Assembly (NCBI GenBank): GCA_040954595.2
Contig: CM082596.2
Coordinates: 4,457,025-4,521,024, forward strand
Origin: Balanoglossus misakiensis
Lineage: Eukaryota; Animalia; Hemichordata
Length of the DNA stretch: 64,000 nucleotides
Direction: 5' to 3'
Shown: in pieces, positions 41,056 to 53,158 of the stretch
How positions within the stretch are numbered: position 1 is the first letter of the stretch
Layout: the number at the start of each line of letters is the position of its first letter
Notes under the pieces: model-generated
What the model was told of the DNA's origin: nothing
What the model saw: only the letters and a program-made list of their open reading frames with translations
Databases searched by the model: none
Program-made: the position numbers and the translations under genes

Positions 41056-43219
41056 CATAGCAAGTACATTCATAATATGTGGAATCCAACCTGTGAAACA
41101 TTAATTGTCAATAATCACAGGCGTGCTTTTCCTGACCGTAATCTACGAAAGGTTCTCTGTGTGTGTGTGCACTTTTTGATGGAAAGGGGTAGACCTTTTG
41201 TGTCCAAGCACTTCCATTTGCAGCATGGGTAAAAACGAGAAGAAGGTTTCATGGTGGGGTTTTAGACAAACACAATTTTGGTTCTCAGATTCATCATTGC
41301 TTCAGTGTTTTATGCATATATAATAAGACAGAGATCCGAGCCAGGTTTATAGGTCGGATTACCTCTCATATTAAAACCAAACAGTGTATCATATCTGCTA
41401 TGAGAGATCCTATTGACTAATTTCCTGAATGTCGGAAAGGCAGCGGAAGTGATGTCTATACATTTACAAACGATGTCAACGGGGTGGTTGCATCCGATAT
41501 GGGCGAATATAAGATGGCCCTCACAGCGAACTGCAACTGACTATTCATCCCTCATCCCCAACACAGCCACAGCCAAATCTATATCCGCACCCTGAGTACA
41601 TTACATACTGTAGTCAGCTGCCACCAGATTTCCAGGAAAGAAAACAAGCGCCCAGAAAATTATGAAGAGGTCCTTAAATGGAATTATTGAAACCACCGCA
41701 GCAAGATAAATGAGAGCAAGATAAAATGTATAACAAATCACAACAAAGACATTATCAGGAGAAGTCAACTGAACATTCTGACTCATATAATTTTGATAAA
41801 TGTGCATATACCATATATACGTGTTCATAAAACTCAATTTTACAGAGCATATGTAAGTGTCTGTAAGACTTTTTAGGCGCTCAGACAACAAATGTCATTT
41901 AAGAAGCAGTCACGTGCGTTCTCTTCTACATGATCACATAAACGTTTTAGGCACTTTTATAGTTGGTGGATATCTCAGACCTGGCGTCGATCCGTTTTCC
42001 CAAGATGCAAATTAGTGTCTTTTAAATACACAATAATGATTACAAGCCTCGGGAACATCAATTATGAACAGACTCAGGAGAATAATTCCACCGAGATTGC
42101 ATTATTCCCCGCAGCTATAAGAAAGAGCCTTTCAAGAAGTTAAAACATCTCCATTTGAAGTTTAATTCAGGGAGACAGATTTATCTGAAACCTTTATAGG
42201 AATCGGCTTTGGCAGCTGAAATGAAAAGATAAAACGTGTATACCTATAATTATGGTTTGCTTTCTCGCTCATAAACATGAATAGGTGAACTTTTCCTGGA
42301 ATTTATCAGTGAAACTGCCAACAGTGTTCATGAATAGCATCTATGGTGTCACGTACATCACTTCTTGTGCCAGAAGAGTTTACTCTTTATAGCTACCGTT
42401 TTATACATTGTATTAGTATAATTTAAGTATAGATGGAGTTGACTCAGTCTTTTCGTTATTGTCTTCAGTGAAGTTTAAGCAAACTTCTTACAACCAACAA
42501 GCTCAAGGCATCCAGATATAATAATGAATGCTACTTTTCATTCGTTGTTCTTTCCAGGGGCATGTTATTAGTAAGAATTATTTGTACAAATTGCTTTGAC
42601 GTCCATCTCTCAGGAGACAAAGCAACAATGTTTGCACGAGTCCAATCATCGGCCACTGTTCAAATTACATAAAATGTTAAACAAAGGCTACATCTGTACG
42701 CTTCGACTTATCCAGGTCACAGAACAGCTGTACAATAAAAGACCACCCATTTCCATCATCTGAGTGCGCGATGTGCATTGATGTTCCTTCAGATATCATT
42801 TAAATCTTTGTAATTACCGGGTACGGCGCAGGCCCACCCGCCGACCTCATTCCTAGTTTCATTTCCCTAAGAGTATTGTTTCAATTCCCGCTGTGGTCTG
42901 CTCATTCTGTGAAGTTTCCACCAACTTCACTCAGAAATTAAGACCTCAGGATATGCCGTGTCCTTTGTGAACAAAACTCCATATTCCAACCGATTCCTGT
43001 GGTCAAAGGTCACATTTGACTCCAGGTAACATCCGGGGTGTAATACTAAAACGCTGTGTGCCATGACGACCAATGTTTATTAGTTACACCGGCAAATATA
43101 TATGTACCGGTGGGACAAAACATTTGTAATGCGTCGCACGTAGCCGCTCAGCAAATTCAGAGTGCTGGTCAGGAGAACTCTGTCTTGCTGATATTTGCAC
43201 CACACACAACCATTTTTTG

Positions 43220-46200
43220 TCAAACACATCCACAAGGGTCGCCGCACTGTACTTTGTTTCGCCAGATCTCGTGCAACTGCTCAGCTGTGTTGTCAGGCAT
43301 GCTGTACATGTCTGGCTGACACACGCGGCCACACTGCCAGTGTGGATCGACAACGTAGAGCGGATTGAGCGCAGCCAACCAAATCCCCATGGAAATGTCC
43401 TCCCCCTGATATGGGTACAGATGCCTGCAGATACAACAGAAAATCGCAAGTCTGCAGTCACTGTGCGGTGAGTCTTGCCATTCTACCGACATGTTTACTG
43501 TAAAACGGGTTATTTTCACGACAGGAAATATTCGCGATATCAAAAGAGGCAACTGTTACGCGAGGATTAATTTATGCGTTCTCGTATATCACTAACTACA
43601 TGGTTATCTCCGAAAAACATTTTACACGACTTTAAGTGCCACTTATACAACTGCCCAATCCACCGCACTTCCCTTTTAAGAAGAAACATTTGCTCTAGTA
43701 AGTATTTAATCTACAAGTTACTTGGTACCGAATAAAGTATCGGTACCCCCTCTAGTTGTGTATTTATCATAAGTGGAGTAAAGGCGCCCTCTGGTGTTAT
43801 AGCTGTTGGTGACAAGTGTAACTATGCTCGCTCTTATGAAGTACACCCTCTAGTGTTGCATTCTGCAAATTCTACTGTTACTTACATTGAGTTGCTTGCT
43901 ATCCAATGCACTATGTCCGCAGATACCACATATCCTGATCCACATGCAAATGCCGGATATTCCTTGCCAGTGTACGCCAGATCTGTCCACTTGCCATAGT
44001 GATTGACTTCCCAGTGTCTGCGGAATTGGCTCCACCATATGTTGCTGTGGTCCCTCAAGTTTTGTTTGTTGACAGCCTGTAGGTGGTAGAGACAAGAAAG
44101 AAGTTGTGAATACTATATGATCTGTTGCTCACTGCAAGATAATCAACATAGCAATGGGTTGCTAGCCAGGTAAGTCTAGTCAAGCTTTGTATGAAACTAG
44201 AGTTTAACAAAATTGGGGCAGAGTTTAACAACAATTGTAACTTCTGCGTCGTGTCACAGGATGGGTCGTGTCACTCGACCAAGGGTAATGAATGTAGGTC
44301 CTGTTGAGTATAAACTTGATTTGAAACAGCACAGGACAGAAATCCCCTCAATCAACTCACCTGAAGTATTGCACTCACATCAATGTAACAGTCATCATCC
44401 GTTTTTAAAAGAAGGTCAAATGATACGTATTTTGATAACCTATAAAATGGAAAGAGAGATAATTTTAAATTCTCATTTCGTTATGAGTTACCATACGTCA
44501 CTGTTCGTCATTATTGCGTTTTTCTCTTTTCTGAGTACCCTTGTGTTCAAGTCTGTTGAAAATGAACACCACTATGAAAGTTATTTGCATTCATTTTACA
44601 AAGTCATTTCATTGTAATGACCTAACAATACACTCACCAATCATTGAAATGGATTATCTTTTTTGGTATATTCCTGTAGACATCTATTTCATTTACAAGT
44701 AGAATATCACTGTAATTGGATATTTCTTCCTTGAGTTTTGTTTCCTCATCCAGCTTGTCTCTGTTCCAGTCTTCCATCATTTCATTGTGTTCAGCTACAA
44801 CTATTTTCAAGTTACCGCTCTCTGTCAAAATGATTCATCAAACTCAGCTGATCACATGAACTGATTACACATGTATGTAAAGGACACAAAAATTGACATC
44901 ATCAGCTGTACTCACCATGAAGGACATACATGAAATTGCCTGCTATGTAATGAAAAATGTCCCCATGCAACTCCTCTTCAAAAACTGGAAATTCATCCTC
45001 AATGAGACCATAGCGACTGCTCTAATCATTGACATGAAGAAAGAAAGAGAGAGAAGTCAATAATCGATATTTCAATTTTTAAATATTGTCTACGATGATA
45101 ATGGTAATTCAAGATAAACATACCTTCCTAAAATTGATGACACCTCCTCCAGTGTTGACAGAAATTTGTGACTTTCTGCGAGTGTTTGCTGTGTCATTGC
45201 TTGTGAAGTTTTCGGCCACAATTGTTCCCTTAAAATCCTGTAATAACAAGAGAATAACGATACTGCCAATAGTTGACACTGTAACTGCATTGTACACATG
45301 TATATGGGCAAGGAATATGTACAAACATGTACCAGAATCTTGGTAATGATAGTGAAAGAGTTTCTTACCTTTGGTAGTACATAAGGCTCAACAACCTTAA
45401 ATCTAAAATGCCCAATCAGAATACCTGGATCGTCACTGTTGAATGTAACACTCACTATCTCATCCTTGGGAGAGAGAAAAAAAGCAATAAACTGATTTGT
45501 TTGGTTTTATTCCTTTACATTATACATGTAGGCTGAGGTAGAAATGTTGTTGATGTCATAAACTACATGTGCACATTCAAGCCTGGGTCACTTATGGTAT
45601 TGGTTTAATTACAGTAAATTTCAACTGGACTAAGCCCTTTAAATAAGTTTAAACACAGCTTTATCAATTTCCCTAAACTCATGTCACTAACCTGCCCTAT
45701 GGTGTCGTATAACTTGACTTTCAGGTGAGCTGTTTCTATCCCATCTCTACCACTGTCAAACACTCCAAGTCGTGTAATCACAATGTCACGATTAACCTGA
45801 AATAAAAACAATGGAGTCATTAAATTTTAAAACGAAACAATTTGATGTAATGTTGGTGATGGTACATCAGTGCAAGAGACTTTGTTCGATGAAACCACTA
45901 ATATTGCATAGTGATCAAAAAGAGAAGAAAAAAAGGTATATTCATCAGTCTTATCCTGTTACCTGGAAATCCTGACCAAGAGGTCCCTGGTGATTCACAG
46001 CTTCAGCTTCTAAGTCATCTATCTCATATGCCTGTAGTTCTTTGTCTAGAACTGAACAAAGAAGAAGGTTTAAGCAACATTTGGTTCTTTTTCATAGTAT
46101 CAAACAAAGATAACTCCGCTCAGCATTTGTTGAATCATCTCAAATTTGTTGACTGCCCATGCCGAGAGTCAAAAATCAAAAAGCCTAACATAATATTCAA

Positions 46201-47228
46201 AATACCCAGGTGTACGGCTACTACAGCTAATGCTATGTTAATGACGTACACCCTTATTGTTCATCCACCACTGATATTTAAATTCTGTGCATTCGTAGTT
46301 CAATCGTAACAGTACCTACCTTCATCTGTAATATTAAGTAATTCACATTCATACTCGTTTTGTCTCAGAGCTGCCGGAATTTCACAGGCATCAGAACCAA
46401 TGATGAATTTCACCAGTACACTACAATATTAATTTCAAAGAAAACATGTTACACTTGTATGGAATGTATGCAGATATGTAATGGAATCCAATCAAATGCA
46501 AATTTGTGGAAATTAGCATGATTTTTGGTCTAATCTTATTATTTGTTTATCATAAACATACCTTGTTTTGTTGATTTCATCAGTGTAGAGAGTTTTTAAC
46601 CATGTGTTTCTCAATGCCTGTCTGAGCTGGAAATTGTCTCTGGCAGAAACAATACCAATCACCAACTCATAATGTACAAGTCCTCTGCGAAATGCATCTG
46701 TAAAAGACACAAAAACATTTTGTTTTCAAAATACTATGAAGCAGTGAATGACCATCATGAAACGAACATATTTTCTAGTGAAATGTCACATTTTTCTTCT
46801 GGTCAAACAAAACACACATGCTAATCTATCGGTTTGTACATCGTACCGTCTTTAGATCTTTGTTGTCGTCTGCTAGTGTCGTCTGCTGTACTGTAGCGAA
46901 AGGGGGCGGAACCAGCAGAACGAGAATAGCAAAACTTTTGCGAAAATAGTGGCGGAGTCTAGCTCTACAGCTGACTTCACTTCAGTCAGTTTGGATGACG
47001 GTCAGGGGCATATTTGTGGCACGTGAAAAAGCTATAAAAAGCAACATTCTTCGTCAGCCACCATAGTGGGTGTGTCCGGCAACAAATGTAAACAAACCGT
47101 GACTGACCGTATGTCTGCTGCACGCTGGCCAACAAAGTGGTTGGTATGCCCAGATACGCGGACAACACAGCAATGACGATTACTCCGAACGATAGCAGCT
47201 GAAAATGAGCCACGCGACAGTTCAGCAT
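43220..47228 (-). CDS. B3GALNT2: UDP-GalNAc:beta-1,3-N-acetylgalactosaminyltransferase 2 (GT31 family), 12 coding exons, ~508 aa
   Basis: Exons (-): 47228-47108, 46697-46562, 46420-46320, 46051-45963, 45796-45692, 45464-45369, 45237-45124, 45021-44916, 44821-44638, 44439-44361, 44076-43886, 43424-43220. All introns are GT-AG, phases join in frame, total 1527 nt. N-terminal signal anchor, then GIVSARDNFQLRQALRNTW, VLVKFIIG...C..LNIT, DVYRNIPKK, LLKTDDDCYID (DxD), YPAFACGSGYVVS, YQGEDISMGIW and C-terminal CGDPCGC, all matching remembered B3GALNT2 motifs. Confidence 0.95.
43783..43797 (-). promoter_or_regulatory. CTCF-consensus motif in the last intron of B3GALNT2
   Basis: ggcgccctctggtgt, whose reverse complement aCACCAGAGGGCGCC matches the CTCF core. 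Two weaker same-orientation copies lie at 43744-43758 and 43843-43856. Confidence 0.45.
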
Positions 47229-47468
47229 CGCTGTACCTCAAATAGCACCTCAAATTGACTCGAAACTCCAAACGACTAAATCCTTCGTGGCGGCTGACAT
47301 ATTGGAATTGCAGTGCATTGTGGGAGATTTACATGGCCGATGACCCCGAGGGCAGGGACAGAGGTCACTGACTGAGTTTGAGTTTTGGCGTTAGAAACCT
47401 AAGTACAAACTCGCTTAGTTAACGACCAGTGCCAACAGATCCCGTCTTCCCTAAATGTCAGTAATAAT
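47229..47468. promoter_or_regulatory. Bidirectional promoter region shared by B3GALNT2 (-) and the F-box/WD gene (+)
   Basis: B3GALNT2 ATG is at 47228. A + strand donor aat|gtgagt at 47468/47469 suggests a non-coding first exon of the divergent gene within ~240 bp. Confidence 0.6.
47309..47326 (-). promoter_or_regulatory. Staf/ZNF143 binding site (SBS)
   Basis: Reverse complement is CTCCCACAATGCACTGCA, a full match to the 18-bp Staf consensus YYCCCANRRTSCNNYRCR. Confidence 0.7.
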
Positions 47469-47924
47469 GTGAGTATTCCAACAGGAGTTCATTAGATTAG
47501 CAGAGTTCCGTGGCTTCGACATGTTGTGTCGCGGTGCAGTGGTTGGTAGGGAATGAAATCGAGTACACTATCTCCGTAATATTATTTCTACACACCTGAT
47601 CAAGACTTCTCTTTCCTCATAAGGATATAATGCGTGGATCTCGATCTCTCTCTGTCTCTCTCTCGTGGTATTCAGATGACAAAGGTTGTTGAGTCTGGCG
47701 CCGACAGCATAATCGTACTGGCAAAGCGCACCCTTTATATACTCCAAAAAGTAGCAATTCGACATCAAGCGAACGTAAAAGTAAATACCAATTGCTACAT
47801 TTTAGCGGGGGGATTTCATTATGATTGGGCCAAGGGAAAGGAAGCGCCCGATTGGCGGAAAGGGATCTCCATCAGGATCCGCATGCCGATGCAAAACTCT
47901 GTATAACTCAAATAACAGTTAAAC

Positions 47925-47938
47925 AGGGGGGGGGGGGG
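47925..47938. repeat. Poly-G tract
   Basis: Homopolymer run of G in the 5' intron region of the F-box gene. Confidence 0.8.
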
Positions 47939-48098
47939 AGTGGGCAAAGATAGTATTAAATTTGTATGTAGAACTTGCCTTTTATTAAGTTATTTTTATA
48001 AGTGTATTTATCACTTAAAAGTTGTTGTTTTTTCATTATCAGAAATGGCATAATATATGTGAAGGTGATAAGGCATTGAGAGCTGTTGGGTGCTGTGC

Positions 48099-51000
48099 AT
48101 GGGCTCGGCGCCGGCCAAAGCTGAGAAGCCCACAGTAATCGGGATGGCAAAAACATTTGAAGAGAAGGCTACCTTAGTGGTGAACACTTTTGAAAGTTGC
48201 CTCCGAGATCAGCAGAATGAAATCTTGAAAAGACTTCTTCTCAAATGCCAGGTGAGGTTTGAAACACGTGGTCACATGCAGGAATAGTGGGGTCCAGACA
48301 CTGAACAAAATATACTTTGTAGACATGCACTCATGCAGACAATTTCTTGATATTTCAGTCCAAGGCGACAGTTCTATTTTGATCACTGTGCGCAATATCT
48401 GAAGTTATTGTGGAATGTTAACACTGATTATAAAGTCACATATTTTGGTTTCTATTATGCAGCCTTTACAACTGAGATTTCTGTATGCCGAATTGAAACC
48501 GTTACTGGCCGTGGATTTTGTGGCTTATCTACCTAGAGAACTGAGCGAAAGAATCTTCTTTTACCTGGATGCAAAGGATCTTTGCAGAGTGGCTTGTTGT
48601 AATAAGCTGTGGAGGGAAAGGTCAAATCATGACCCCGTGTGGTAAGTGACGATGACAAGATTTCATCCACTGTAAAAAAAATCTGTGACTGATCATTAAT
48701 TAAAAAATCAAATTAAATAATCACAGACTATTCCTTCTTCTAGTAACCGTGCCAGAACCAACAAGAGAGTGAAGATGAATTAGATAGGAATTAAGAATAT
48801 ATGTAACCAAGTACTTCCATCTTCACTGTTTTCACTACAGGCAAGCTTTATGTGACAAGAAAGGCTGGCTACGATACGGCAACGATGCCGATTTAGTATC
48901 GGAACGATCTATCTCTCCAGATGGCTCAAACGCATCACTAACATCACCTAGGTATATTTCCCCCGATGCTCTGAGTTCATTGACTGCCATCTGTAAATGG
49001 AAGGATGTGTACATGAGAGCCTACCATCTGGATCTCAACTGGGCCACGGGCAAGTACACGGTGGCGCCGGTGTTGAAGGGACACAAGGAACAGGTGATAG
49101 CATTGGACTCGGACGGTAAGCGAAACCTGTCACCCCCTATTTCACAGTGCAGAGATCCTGCAGACATTGAGATGAACCGTGGTTGGAGGTACAAAAGACT
49201 TCATCAAAGTTCAGTGGGTCAGAAAAGCTCAATGAGAAAACCATATATAGGAACTGTTCATTTGCATACATATTATACAGTGTATATGGAAATATACTGT
49301 AACGCATAGTTTCATACATATAGATGCTCTAGGCAACCATTGAAATGACTATCGATATCTTACAGGTAAGATATTAGTGAGTGGAAGCCATGACAGAACA
49401 GCCAGAATATGGGACCTACACTCACTACAGTGTGTGCATGTATTGGATGGACATACCGAGTATGTTACTTGCTTGAAACTCAAGGTGAGTAAAAAAGAAC
49501 ACATAGGCAGACATCACAAATATTGTCAGATATATTTCCTGTATTTGATTTTCTCTCTTTTATCTTTGACAGGGAAATGTTGTTGTGACTGGATGTTCTG
49601 ATGGCATTGTACGTGCGTATGATGTGAAGACCGGCCGATGTCTCAAGAAATTGGAAGGGCATACCAATGGTGTGGAGTGTGTGTGTTTTGACGGCAAAAC
49701 TATCGTCAGTGCAGCCAATGACAAGTAAGTGGGGATCAAAGACTTTCTGTCTAGTTGTTGTAACTTGACACTGTTTCTCATTTTGTAACCATATCTATGA
49801 TTTCTATCTAGGACACTAAGAGTCTGGTTATACCACAGCAGTAAATGTGTGCATATAATGAGAGGTCACCAAGATGATATTGAGGTCAGTGTCATATTGC
49901 GGATGTTTAAATTCATTCATACCACTTTATGTGACTTTCAGTTGACTGAGGCGTTTTGGTGCATGCAAAGAACTCATCTGGCAATAAGATGCTCTCACTT
50001 TGCTATTTGTACACACACAAGATCAGATGGGGTTTTATTTTTCCATTGTTACTGACTCTTTTATCTGTGTTTTCCTTCACACCCGCAGTTCCTGTCGATG
50101 TACGGTGATATGGCGGTATCTGCAAGCTGGGATGAAACTCTCAAACTGTGGAATCTCAAGAAGGGGATCTGTGTCCACACGCTGAGGGGACATACTGAAG
50201 GTGAACAACCACCTACAAGAGATTACTGCAGTAGTTGGCTGACCAGTTGATTTTCACGTGATTCTAAATTAAACTTTTTAACATTTGCACCTTATGTCAT
50301 GTTTTTCTGTTTTCCCCACAGTTGTTTATTGTTGTCAGTTTGATAACGACATGATTGTCAGCGGTGGGGGAGACAACCACATCAAAATATGGGACACGGA
50401 AACTGGCTACTGCAGACAAACAATGATAGGACACACTGGAGAGGTGGTGGGTACTTGCTCTCAGTGTTTGCTTGTTGAAACTCGTGTTGTGTCTTGCTCA
50501 TTTGTTAATGGGGTGATCATTTAAACTGTCTGATTGTTCACAAGTTTTCAGTCCATTGAATCAGTCCTCTACTGCCTCAAGGAACTGAAATTGACTGAGT
50601 ATTAACATAACAACACAACATGTTGCAACGATGGTCCTTTTCACAGGGGTTTGTGTTTGTATTTTACAGTACTGTATTGCGTACAACAGTGAAGTGATAG
50701 CCTCAGGGTCTTCAGACAGTACAGTCAGGCTCTGGAACCATCAAGGTAAGGCTACACAACTTTCTTGTCATTAGTCATTACGACATTAGTCACAATATTA
50801 ACCATCCTGAAGATGTCAGTTACAAGAATCTTTAAAAGAGCACAAGAAAATTACTATCTTTATATTTTTTTTTTTTAATTTCTACAGGTATATGCCTTAA
50901 TGTGATGAAAGAACACATTGGTGTTGTCAGGTGTCTGAGTTTATATGGACCAAGGCTTGTCACTGGTGGAGATCGAAAGAAGATAGTTGTGTGGGATGCT

Positions 51001-51255
51001 CAGGTAATTAGACAATCTGTCTTGACACAATTACTGGCAGCTGACCCAACTGGCAAACCACAATTCTAATGGGAAAGTAGATTATGTAGTGATGAGATTT
51101 CTTTCTCACTATTTCTTTGCCAGCAGACAGGAAAGAAGTTGAATGTGGTTCACCGAAACCCGACTCTGCTTCACAAGATGTGGGTGAATGACACCAAACT
51201 GGTCATCGCTTCCCCAGAATCGCCCGGTGCTATTACTGTGATCAGTTTCTGGTAA
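48099..51255 (+). CDS. F-box/WD40-repeat protein, FBXW7/Cdc4-like architecture (D-domain, F-box, 7 clear WD40 repeats plus 1 degenerate), 11 coding exons, ~502 aa
   Basis: Exons (+): 48099-48251, 48463-48641, 48841-49115, 49366-49484, 49573-49724, 49812-49884, 50089-50200, 50322-50446, 50670-50745, 50888-51003, 51127(or 51124)-51255. All introns are GT-AG and in frame. F-box DFVAYLPRELSERIFFYLDAKDLCRVACCNKLW and GH...WD repeats are present. An in-frame TAA at 48069 supports ATG 48099 as the start; a 5'UTR acceptor lies at 48042. Not called FBXW7 because the phosphodegron arginines are absent. Confidence 0.92.
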
Positions 51256-51892
51256 CAATCACGTCTCAAGATCATCTAGTATTACTGTCAAGGTCACAGT
51301 CTTTCGGCCCTGTATGTTGCGTGTGGGAGAACCCCTTTAACATATATCCGGAATTTCAAGTTAGCAGTTGTATGCTAACCGTCCATTACCATGTGCATGT
51401 ATCAATCCAGGGTTCCCAAAGTATTTCCCAACCCTCACACGAACTCACAAAAAATTACACTACCCACCCAAACTGTCTTCTATTGTACTCTTGCCACATT
51501 CAAGTTCTTTACCTTTGATGTTTCGACTGCTGTTTTCAGCTGGGAATAGATCTATTTTTGAAAACATTTTAATTTATTTGTGATCTTTTAAATAACACTG
51601 AAGTTTATTGTGGAATATTACCAGTATTGTTTGTATATTTTGGTAGTAAATAGATACTGAAATATTATATATGCTTTGCTGTTATTAATGATGTTTTTAA
51701 AACTTATTTTAGTGATAATTGTTAGGATTATGTTAACTGATATTATTACATAGTTACTCTGACAAAAAGACATTGTAACTGTAATGGATGATGACAAATA
51801 TAAATTGTATTAATTGTACCGGTAACATTCCATTATTTTATTTCCGTCCATACTGTACATTGAAGTATTGTGATATTTATTCAATGATTTTC

Positions 51893-51898
51893 AATAAA
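51893..51898 (+). terminator. Candidate polyadenylation signal for the F-box/WD gene
   Basis: AATAAA at the end of an AT-rich ~640-nt putative 3'UTR, with a second AATAAA near 51936. Confidence 0.55.
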
Positions 51899-53158
51899 AT
51901 TTAATATTTTGTAACGGCTTGGAACAGAATTTGTAAATAAAGGAAATGCAGCTAATCAGCACATTTTTGCTAGAGTGGTATTTTCTCGCACATTCACTTC
52001 TTGTTTCAGGTCACAGATTAACAAAAACAAAAGTGTGTCGTTTGATGCACATTGAGGGCACTATGCTTGTGGAGAGCGCCCTCAAACAACTGAGAGAAAC
52101 TTTTGGTCAGAGAACTGCGGGTTCAAGCCCCGGCATACATGTGATTGAGCAAGTCAATTGACACCTCTACCATTTCCCATCTGACAACCAAGCTACACTT
52201 TCGCGAGAAATCACCTAGGAATCGCGCCCCCTGGAGCACAGCCAGCAGACGGAGCCGGGAGAATTCGCACAGTGCGCCAGCATGCAGTGAGTGAAATAAA
52301 CGGTGTGGGCCGCAGACAGGGAGAATAAATTAAGACACTGTCTTTCTTTTACCATCAACCGAATCCTGGGCGTCATGGGGCTAAAGCTGTGCAGTTTCAT
52401 AAAACGTTTCTCTAGACCTCGATTAAACACGGGTCGCCACTCTCAATATTTTAGCGACCCTAAGTTGGTTTTATAGAACCCCCAGAGCGACGAAGAAAGA
52501 AAAGCGCTTTCTCCGCAGAATGTGTGAACAGGCGGAGAGGAAAATTGGATTTCCCGTGACGTTTTCGCGGAAGATTGGTTCATTTCTTTTTGCCAAATCC
52601 ACTTTCTCTCGGTGCGAGGAAGACTTGCGAATTTAAATTACTTCAGTTAATGATATTCTGTCCGTATTATCATTCGACAGTTAAGTTTCTTCAGATATTT
52701 TACCGAAAAAAACTACCTATTTGACAGACACTCCATAGTCTCTTTTGTCAGTTCGACCATGTCACAGCAGATGGCATCATGGAAGTTGGGTCTTTATAAA
52801 AACAGCGACGTGACTGGGGGAGTGTTCACTGTTGATGACACAACCCATTGAGTAACTTCATTAGCGGGCGGAGGCATTGTCTAGCCGGCAACATTAGCCG
52901 TAAGTGGCCGCTAAGCGCTGCCCGTTCTTTGTCCACCGTTTTGTACCGGTCAACAAAGGCAGTGAAAGCGACGTGAATGGAACATTTTAGAGTGCAAATA
53001 GCAGCAAAGCGGCCATTATTAATGCAGATTTAAACACGGCATTCTTTCTTTGTAAAGCACTCACTCGACTTGTTTCAGGGTTAGCGAAAGGAACATCACA
53101 TTGCACTCCGGAGCACTCGTCGCGGGCGCGGTGTCCCGTTTCGCTCCCGAATACCGAG

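Noticed and set aside
41601-41891. Hydrophobic 96-aa - strand ORF
   Set aside because: T-rich composition explains the hydrophobicity; non-ATG start; probably within the B3GALNT2 3'UTR.
44213-46309. + strand ORFs of 86-134 aa
   Set aside because: They lie antisense to B3GALNT2 exons and introns.
48099-51255. Assigning the symbol FBXW7 or BTRC
   Set aside because: The phosphodegron-binding arginines and close sequence identity are lacking; only the architecture is shared.
52100-52136. B-box-like gggttcaagccc (tRNA or SINE?)
   Set aside because: No A box or cloverleaf could be built; at most a SINE scrap.
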